The position numbers and the translations under genes were made by a program. From positions 183,582,001-183,646,000 of the forward strand of contig OZ024740.1 in assembly GCA_964016885.1 (NCBI GenBank): 64,000 bases of DNA, given 5' to 3'. Shown here in pieces: positions 55,253 to 64,000 of the stretch (position 1 is its first letter; every line of letters starts with the position of its first letter). The notes beneath the pieces were generated by a model. The model ran no database searches. It worked only from the letters and a program-made list of their open reading frames with translations, and was not told the origin of the DNA. The DNA comes from Eledone cirrhosa (lineage: Eukaryota).

Positions 55253-55602
55253 GCAAAGGGATATTTAATTTGTTGGTAATTCAACAAATATATTAATAAC
55301 AGATTTGAAGCGCTCGACAAGTTTTCTGAAGTATATATCAATAACATTAATAAATGGAAACTATATTTATAAAACCATATTTGTTCTATTATATATATTT
55401 CAAGGGTAGCATAACTTTGGTACGCTCTCATCAGATAAAATACAAAGTTTGTTTTATAAATAGTGACATGTCCAGGAATCAGACCTTAACGGTTCAACGG
55501 AACTTGAACCGTTAAGGTCTGATTCCTGGGTATGTCACTATTTATAAAACACACTTTGTATTTTATCTGATGAGAGCGTACCAAAGTATTAATATCATTG
55601 AT
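55253..55602. mobile_element. Fold-back HHR element, family D (diverged)
   Basis: Arms around aacggttcaacggaacttgaaccgtt (~55488-55513); tcatcag at ~55428 and ctgatga at ~55567. Confidence 0.8.
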
Positions 55603-55744
55603 ATATATATATATATATTCCCATGGGCATGGGCTGACGTTGAAGCATATATATATATAGTATTCACCACTCCCACCTCCACCTGACCCATCCATATAGC
55701 TCCCAAGAGAATAGGCTGAACCATTCATCTAGTGAAGCCTCTAG

Positions 55745-55985
55745 ACCACACTGTAAGTGTCATGACAAAAAGCACACAGTAGGTGTCATGACAAAAAGCA
55801 CACAGTACTAACTGTAAATGTGGTTCGAATTATGAAGAGCATCCAGCTGTAGAAACCAAGCCAAAATCAATTCTTTATGAGCAAGACATGGTCACCTGAC
55901 TTGGCATTTCTCACAACATGACAACTCGTCTAACCCATATTAGCATGGAAAAATGGATGTTAAACGGTGATGGGCATGATGATGT
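55745..55985 (+). mobile_element. RTE 3'-UTR-related element
   Basis: gtgtcatgacaaaaagcacacagta x2, catccagctgtagaaa, gat tail. Confidence 0.65.
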
Positions 55986-57050
55986 TGTATGTATGTGTGT
56001 ATGCATGTGTGTATTTATATATATATATATAGTATATTTCTTACTTTATATGCAAACTGGATGTAGTACTAGTTTTAAATTCGATTAATTCAATGTGAAC
56101 TTGTGTGAAAATCTCTTCCTTTGAACCTTGTTGTAAATGCCAGAATGAATGAAATTTTGATTTCTCTATATGATATGTCTGTACGATATATATATATACT
56201 GTCCATCTTCTCCAACAGTGTGAAATAACTTGTAAAATTAAATGGGAAGTATTGGCATTTCTTTATCCTGATCTGGACGTGCTATCAAATACCAATTCAC
56301 TGTCAGAGCTCATGGCACCAACTCAAATTTCCAGTATCATCTAGATTTTACTTCTGGTTAGAAAAGGTCAATGCCAAGTACTGTATCAGTTTCACATCCA
56401 TGCCTAGAGAACATTTAGGTGTAAAATATCTTGTATGTGATGCAAATATGCTATTAACTGTTGCAATTTTATATATAGATTCATTGAGTCACAATTGAGA
56501 TATCTTGGAAATCTTCCAAAATGTCTACAACTATTGGCTCTTTTTATAGCGATAATAATGATAATCCTAATTATTATTCTCCTTACTTCCTATCACTTAC
56601 AATTCCAATGTTTGGAAACAGTTGAAAAGTAACGTATTATTAACAAAGATGAATGCTTCCGCGGATGCGATTTAGCATCATGTAGTTATGAATTCTGAAG
56701 TAGATATTTAATATCTGATATGATTGACTAAATCTTTCCAATGTAGTGCCACAGCATGGTCACAGTCTAATAACTGAAGCCAGTAAAATAATATATATAT
56801 ATATATATAAAGACTGACAACCTCTCCTGTGCACACAGCAGAATGCAATACCATACCTAAGTGAAATGCAGTTCCCTGACCTGTCCAGGAGATCAGTAGC
56901 CCTACATCAGTCCTGACTTGGTCTATGTAGACCCATCAAACCCTTGCTAGCAGGGAACGCGGACATTAAAATGACGATGATGTGTATATAATAATAATTG
57001 TTTCTACTTTTTGTGTATATAATAATAATAATAATAATAATATTAATAAT

Positions 57051-57675
57051 GGTTTCTACTTTTGGCACAAGGCCAACAATTACCCAGTGCATTACTGGTA
57101 CTTTATTTTATCGACCCAGTAAGGATGAAATGTAAAGTTAACCTCGGCAGGATTTGAACTCAGATCACAAAGGGGCACCACTCTATGCTTCAAAGCATGG
57201 CATCCGACTCTCTACCGATACTGCCAATCCACCGTTATAATAATAATAATTGTTTCTACTTTTGGCACAAGGCCAGCAATTATCTCAGTGTATTACTGGT
57301 ACTTTATTTTATCGACCCTGTAAGGATGAAAGGCAAAGTTAACCTCGGCGGGATTTGAACTCAGACCATAAAGGGCCGTAACTCTTTGTTGCAAAGCATG
57401 GCGTCCGACCCTCTACCGATACTACCAATCCACCGCCCTATAATAATAATAATAATAATTGTTTCTACTTTAGGTACAAGCCTAGCACTTTGAAGAGGAA
57501 AGGAAAGTCAATTAAATTGACTCCCCTGTTTACTGGTGCTTTATTTTATTTACCACATAAGGATGAAAGGCAAAGCTAACCTTCACAGGATTTGAACTCA
57601 GTATGTAAAGCACCATAAACCTATGCTGAAAAGCATGGTATCTGATGCTCTACCAATACTGCCAATCCACCACCC
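57051..57675 (-). mobile_element. Three SINE copies in tandem
   Basis: ~200-bp units starting tttctactt at ~57053, ~57253 and ~57462, separated by (AAT)n. Confidence 0.85.
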
Positions 57676-58767
57676 TACATGATAATGCTTTCTCACCCTA
57701 CATGATAATAATAATAAGAGTGAACAAAGTGTCAATTTAGCATCTTGTGTGTATTTTATCCATTTGTGACAGGCGTTTCATCAACGACAGACATTTCAAT
57801 ACCACTAAAGGTATGATTGGATATGATTGGGTGTAATTCTGGAATTGTTACCTCATCAGATTTGTGAACAATGAGGTTGTATAGGAAAATTCTTCCCACA
57901 CCTTTATATATAGGCATTAGACAGTGTCTGTTCAGAGTTATTAGTGGTATTATCATGCAGTATTTAAAGTTCAAGATTGTGGGTAGATGGAGGTACTAAT
58001 GATCAATACCTACAACAAGTACATAGACATAAACACAAAATGTAAAGATTAATTAGTAGGTCATTGCTATTATTCTTATTGGTGCTGCTACTGTTGTTAG
58101 TGGGTGAGTAGTTGACAATGACCTGGTAGGGGATAAGTAAATAGATAAATCCTAATAAAAAAATGACAGAGAAAGAAATATAGAAGAAAGAAGATAATGG
58201 ATGAAGACATGGTTTGTTAATAGAAAGATGTGGGTATGTTCACCAGATATGTGTGTAAACGGACACATCTAATAGGTCAATATTCTGGTATAGGATACAA
58301 GAATTATTGTTCATTTTGTGTGGCCCACTATATCCACTACCAGACCATTGGCAACACCACCACCAACAACAACATCAACAAAAACATTAACAACAGCAAA
58401 TAAAATACCCATTTCCTTAACATCGGCTACATCTAAGTCGGCAATTGGTTCTCTTGAGACAACAGCAATTGTGGCTCTTACAGCAATACCCACAACAACA
58501 ATAATAGTGTTACTAGTGGCAATTATAAAAAAAAATTATAAATACACACACACACACACACAGATATATATATATTAGTATTTTAGTATTGGTGCTCTGA
58601 AATAGTGATGTATATATGAATGTATGTATAGTATATTTGATAATATACTGTATGTTTAATTAAAAACATTTACACATATATACATACCTATATATATATA
58701 TATATATATATGCACACATATACACATACCTATATATATATATATACATACACACATATATACATAC

Positions 58768-58824
<57 letters not shown>

Positions 58825-59163
58825 CATATATATATATATATGGGAAAGTAAAAAACAACACAGGAGTAAAAGTTACAAAAGTTATTAGGTTCACGCTTAT
58901 TGAGAGTGGGGCATGTGGGTGCAATGTTTTGGGCATAACCCTTCATCAGGGGAGTGGGGGGAAGGAGAAGGAGGAGGAGGGAGTGGAAAAAAAAAACACA
59001 TGAGTTGGAAAATAAAAGTTAAAAACAAGTGGTGAAAAGATATGAGGCGTGTAGAGATGGTGGGTGGATGGAGGATATATATATATAGGATAACGTGTTC
59101 GTTTAAGGTAATCCAGCTAGTTGTACAGTCGACCATGTTATTTTTCCTTCCTTAATATATATA

Positions 59164-59216
<53 letters not shown>

Positions 59217-59894
59217 GCATATTTATGGTCGCTGCAAACTCTGCTAAGAGTATTGCTATCACTTGTCAGATTACAGAAAATGGTGCACCTTTAGGCTACA
59301 GCCAGCCACACAAACCTGTAAAGTATCCTGAACAAGCAATGCTTTGCTTTGATGGTTTTTTAAGTGGTGAAATGCCTTGCATTTGACCCTCGACCAATCC
59401 AACTCTCTTAGCCTCGAAAACACTAGCTGAAGAGGCGAAATGGTCAACATCATCGGATGTTTCCGAAGACGCAGGGTTTCTTTCAGATGTTCCCCCTCTT
59501 AGAAAGGTGTTGTGACAACAACTGGGAACCTTTCACTCCCAGGTAAAAAAAACAACTATTTGGATAGCCATTGACTCTGCTGAGTTCCTCTGCCCTTCGC
59601 CGGGTCTTGTATTTCATCCTGCCGGTTGTCCAAATATTACCCTTGCTTGGTGAAGTTGCCGGTTTAGTCACCGACTGCCCGACCATATTTATACATACAT
59701 ATATACACACATATATACGGACACATACATACACACACACACACACATATATGTGTCAAGGAGAATTCTGATATTGGCAGGGACACGTGTGTCCGTAATG
59801 ATGATGGTATACTTGCCCTCACTGAGAGTGATAAGGATGTTGCTTAGAAGTGTCATTATCAGAGAGTACTGAGGAGAATGAATAGAATAAAGAT

Positions 59895-60485
59895 AGTCTG
59901 CCCCACATTCATCCAACAGAAGGACCAGCTGTGCAAGTTAATGGTAGTAGAGTAAGTAAGGCAATCAGAGATATGAAGACAGGCAAGGCAGCTGGGTCTT
60001 CAGGATAGTTGGTAAAATGTTGAAGGTATCTGGAATGGTGGGACACACTATGGTCTCCCGGATAGTAAACTAAGTAATACAAAATGACTGGCATAGCAGT
60101 ATCACCATGAACTGTTACAAGGGCAAAGGAGATGGCCTGGATAGAGGAAACTATAGGGGCATTAAATTAGTTGACTGGGTCATGAAAGTCAGAGAAAGAG
60201 TTATAACTCAACTGATTAGGGCTTATTTTTCTCTAAGAATCTCTCTTGTAATTGTCTCACTAAGAACAGGGCATCTGTTGTACTTTTCCCAAGAACAAAA
60301 CCAAACTGCATCTCATCTAATTTGAACTTTTCTCTAATTAGTTGTGTTAGTATTCTTTCTGTCACTTCCATAACCTGATCCATCAGATTTAAGCCCCTAT
60401 AATTATACTCCTCTCCAGATCATCCCCTTTACCTTTGTAGCAATTTATAAGAATACGGCTGCAACAGTCTTTGGGTATGACTCCG
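59895..60485. mobile_element. Two RTE RT fragments in opposite orientation
   Basis: + strand CYKGKGDGLDRGNYRGIKLVD (60107-60220); - strand [22 protein letters not shown] (60270-60485). Confidence 0.78.
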
Positions 60486-60555
<70 letters not shown>

Positions 60556-60568
60556 TATATATATACAT

Positions 60569-60730
<162 letters not shown>

Positions 60731-60754
60731 ATGTATATATATATATATATATAC

Positions 60755-60790
<36 letters not shown>

Positions 60791-60799
60791 GTGTGTGTG

Positions 60800-60844
<45 letters not shown>

Positions 60845-60851
60845 GCGTGAG

Positions 60852-60888
<37 letters not shown>

Positions 60889-61003
60889 GTGTGTGTATAT
60901 GTATATATATATATATATATATATCTGTGTGTGTGTATGTATATATATATATATATATCTGTGTGTGTGTATGTATATATATATATAAGTATATATATAT
61001 ATA

Positions 61004-63300
61004 TCGTTGTGCTTTGGGAGGGTTATGTTGCCAATAAGAAACACACGCACCAGTTGTTTTCACTCCAATTTATTATAAATTAAATTTATAACTTTCGGGT
61101 TGGTTGGCTGGTTCCATAACCGGACGGCTGTTAATATATTGTCAAAGTTCGTTCGTCACACATTCTGTGACCTTTTCAGTGACTGGGGATTATTTTCTTT
61201 GTTTTGGGCCTCTCCTTTGTTCTGTCCTACGCCATCTTGTTTTTGTGTGTGTTGTGTGCTTAGTTTGCGCATGTGCTACATCCGGGTGTCTGTGTGTGTT
61301 TTTATTTGTTTATTTATTTGTTTATTTTCATGTTACAGGTTGGTTGTTTGTTCTATGTGCGTGTGTGTTTTCATTTTGTCCTTAATTGTAAGTTGTGATG
61401 TTGCTGTTCCACTCATGTTTTCTATTTAATTTTGGTTGTAATTCTTTTATGTTTATTGCCTCTGTGATTTGTCTAAACATTGCGTCTTTTCTGTGTGTAG
61501 ATTCTATATTTATTTCTATGTCCTCTAATTTACCCTTATGTTCTATCTTAGCATGTTGGTAGAGTACAGATGATTCTTTACTATCTTGAAGGTCCCGCCA
61601 GTGTTCATTTAACCGTTCTCCTATACTACGAGCTGTCTCACCTATGTACACTATATTCTTATGTTTACATTGTCCTTCAGTACATCTTATGCTATATACA
61701 ACATTTCTAGTGTTACAGCTAATATGGGGGCCTAGTTTACAGATTATGCATTTCTTATCTATACAGGGAGGTCTTTGAAAAGGGTATGTATTGCTAATAA
61801 ATATTTTTATGGAGGTACCTGTTCTTTCTACTATCTTAATATTAAGTTTATATTTATCTAGGGCCCTTCTAAATTTGTAAGCTAATTCACCTCAAGGGGT
61901 TGTATTGATGAACGTTACACTCTGGTATTTATTGCTATCATACCATGAGTTTATTCTATTAACCTTATTCCTAGTTCTTTCTATTCTATTCCAAAATTTG
62001 CTCCTATACAAGGAGCAAGTCCCATTTGTATCATTATTTACCATTTTTTCCCATTTGGTTCTGGCTCCTCTATATACTCTGATTTTATCTCTCTGATTGT
62101 AACCAGAGAACTGCATACGGTGGATGAAGTGTTGTCTGTGTCCCTCTCTAGTTCTTTGGGGTTGCACATGCGGAACAGGTTTCTCATCACCCGTACCAAA
62201 TCCGCAAGCAGTATGTTGATTTTCGTGTGATCCGAAACAGCTGAGCTTCGGTGGATCAGATATTTGGAAGTCATGGGTTTGGCATAATGGGAATGCAGGA
62301 TTTGTTTTTTGTTATTAATGGTTTCTAACCAGAGCTCTGTGTCTAGTACGGGTAAAGGATGGTTTGGGGTGTTTGCTTGGGTAGTCTATAGGAACTCTTA
62401 TACTCTGCTGGATGGAGTTAGCTATTTGCTGGATGCTTTCCATGGAGTTTTTCTCTAATTCCTGACTGTACTCTAGTGGGGGTGTTTTTACTACGATGTT
62501 TATATCATCAACGTAGCGGGAGTACAGTATCAAGTGTAAGAGGTTGCTGTCTTCTAATTGTTCTTTAAGTTTAAATTTAAGTTTATTGTCCCACCATACC
62601 ATGAATAGGTTAGCTATGTCACCTGCAATGCTAACACCAATGGCTGCTCCCTCCTCTTGGACATATGTTTTTCCATTACATTTGAACATATATTCCTTAA
62701 GGGTTAGTTTTATACTTGCCTCCACCGCATGTGCAATCATTTTCTTTAGTTCATCGTGGTTTTCGGGGGTCTGTATGGCTCAGCTCCACCCGTTCCATCT
62801 TTCTATTGGGCTGCATTATGTTTGTCCACATCATCATATGGGCACTGAGGGTTTTCTCCCTATCCTCATGCTCTTGTGGTATTACTTCTCTTGTGTTAGT
62901 GATGTAAGGTTGCATTGCTTGGATGTAGTTGACAGACTGTCAACCGACATTCTGCCAGACTTGTCTGTTGGAAATCATGCAATCTCTCCATTACGCGAGC
63001 GCTGCATGAGCTTAGGCAAGCCATTTGGAGATCTTTCTCCCAGTTGCTGGGCCTCCATTCTATTTTCCTTCTTGCTATATTGTTCTATAATATTTCTAAG
63101 TTTATAGCTATACTAAATTGTGCTTTTCTTTGTTCATCGGCCTGCGACGACAATTGCGTGCGTTTGTTGAAACTAAGGTCGTGGCGTGGACTCGTCGTAG
63201 GTCGAAGGACATATCGGAAGGATTATAAAAAGTATAATTCCAGGCTGCTGCTTTATGTGTACTATTGCTATTGTTAGTTGTGTTGTTTCTATTTCAACCA
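61004..63300 (-). mobile_element. Diverged, internally deleted PLE-B copy
   Basis: YIGETARSIGERLNEHW, GAAIGVSIAGDIANLFM, YSRYVDD; ~0.5 kb of RT (equivalent to ~22475-23000) missing at ~62790. Confidence 0.9.
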
Positions 63301-63555
63301 ACATCAACTACGACGAGTACACGCCACGACATATTTGAAGTTCTAGTTAAACTGTAATTAGTTACCTACCTAGCTATGTGTGCTTACATTCTTTACACAT
63401 TATTCCCTGTGATTGTTTCATATGTTTATTTTATATATATATATGTCAATCTATTTCTAGTTGAAATTGGAATCTTTGAGCTTATTTTACAGTGAATATG
63501 ACGCATGTCTCTCAGACATGACAACTCTTAATTTTGGATACATATATATATATAT

Positions 63556-63784
63556 ATTTCGTTTCTGAATTTGTTTAGCAAGATCCTTTATGTAAAAACG
63601 TGTGTTGAAACCGAAATTGTTATACTTTGGGAGGGTGATGTTGCCAATATGAAACATACGCACAACTGCTTTCACTCCAATTTATTATGAATTAAACATA
63701 TATAAAAAAAAAACTGTTTTGTTTTCTATATAAATATCCGGTTGGTTGGTTTCCCAACCGGACAGTTGTTCATATATTGTCATA
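63556..63784 (-). mobile_element. Solo PLE-B pLTR fragment
   Basis: Homologous to 7729-7946; homology stops at HHR stem I (gtcata). Confidence 0.82.
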
Positions 63785-63825
63785 TACAAACATCCATCCA
63801 TATATATATATACATGTATACAAAC

Positions 63826-63862
<37 letters not shown>

Positions 63863-64000
63863 TACATACACATATCCATATATATACATATATATATACA
63901 TATATATATATATATACATACATATATATACATGCATATATATATATATATATATCATTTCTGATTTTTGCGTTTCGCTTCGCTTTTCCTACCCGCCGAA

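Noticed and set aside
62970-62990. In-frame TGA at a position that is Cys (TGC) in the other PLE-B copy; possible selenocysteine
   Set aside because: Single instance in a copy with many other lesions; no SECIS identified; the endonuclease is C-terminal, unlike selenoprotein-encoding Naiads.

Overview
AT-rich eukaryotic repeat DNA, most likely from an octopod cephalopod (inferred from the SINE families and dense (TA)n/(CA)n microsatellites). No host protein-coding exon could be supported, and most short ORFs in the track are microsatellite translation artefacts. The window holds two Penelope-like element (PLE) families with RT plus C-terminal GIY-YIG, RTE-clade LINEs, an internally deleted L1/Tx1-like element, a CR1/L2-like 3' end, a decayed Ty3/gypsy pol, a non-autonomous Helitron and many SINEs. 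The main hidden signal is RNA structure. Reading by eye gives at least six unrelated families of type I hammerhead ribozymes (HHR). One is a non-coding 310-bp tandem array with one HHR per unit (retrozyme-like), and another is a chimeric pair of related HHR monomers. Nearly all HHR elements sit in (TA)n tracts as head-to-head fold-backs with both 3' ends facing outward and family-specific long and short end points. Coordinates were counted by hand and may be off by a few bases.
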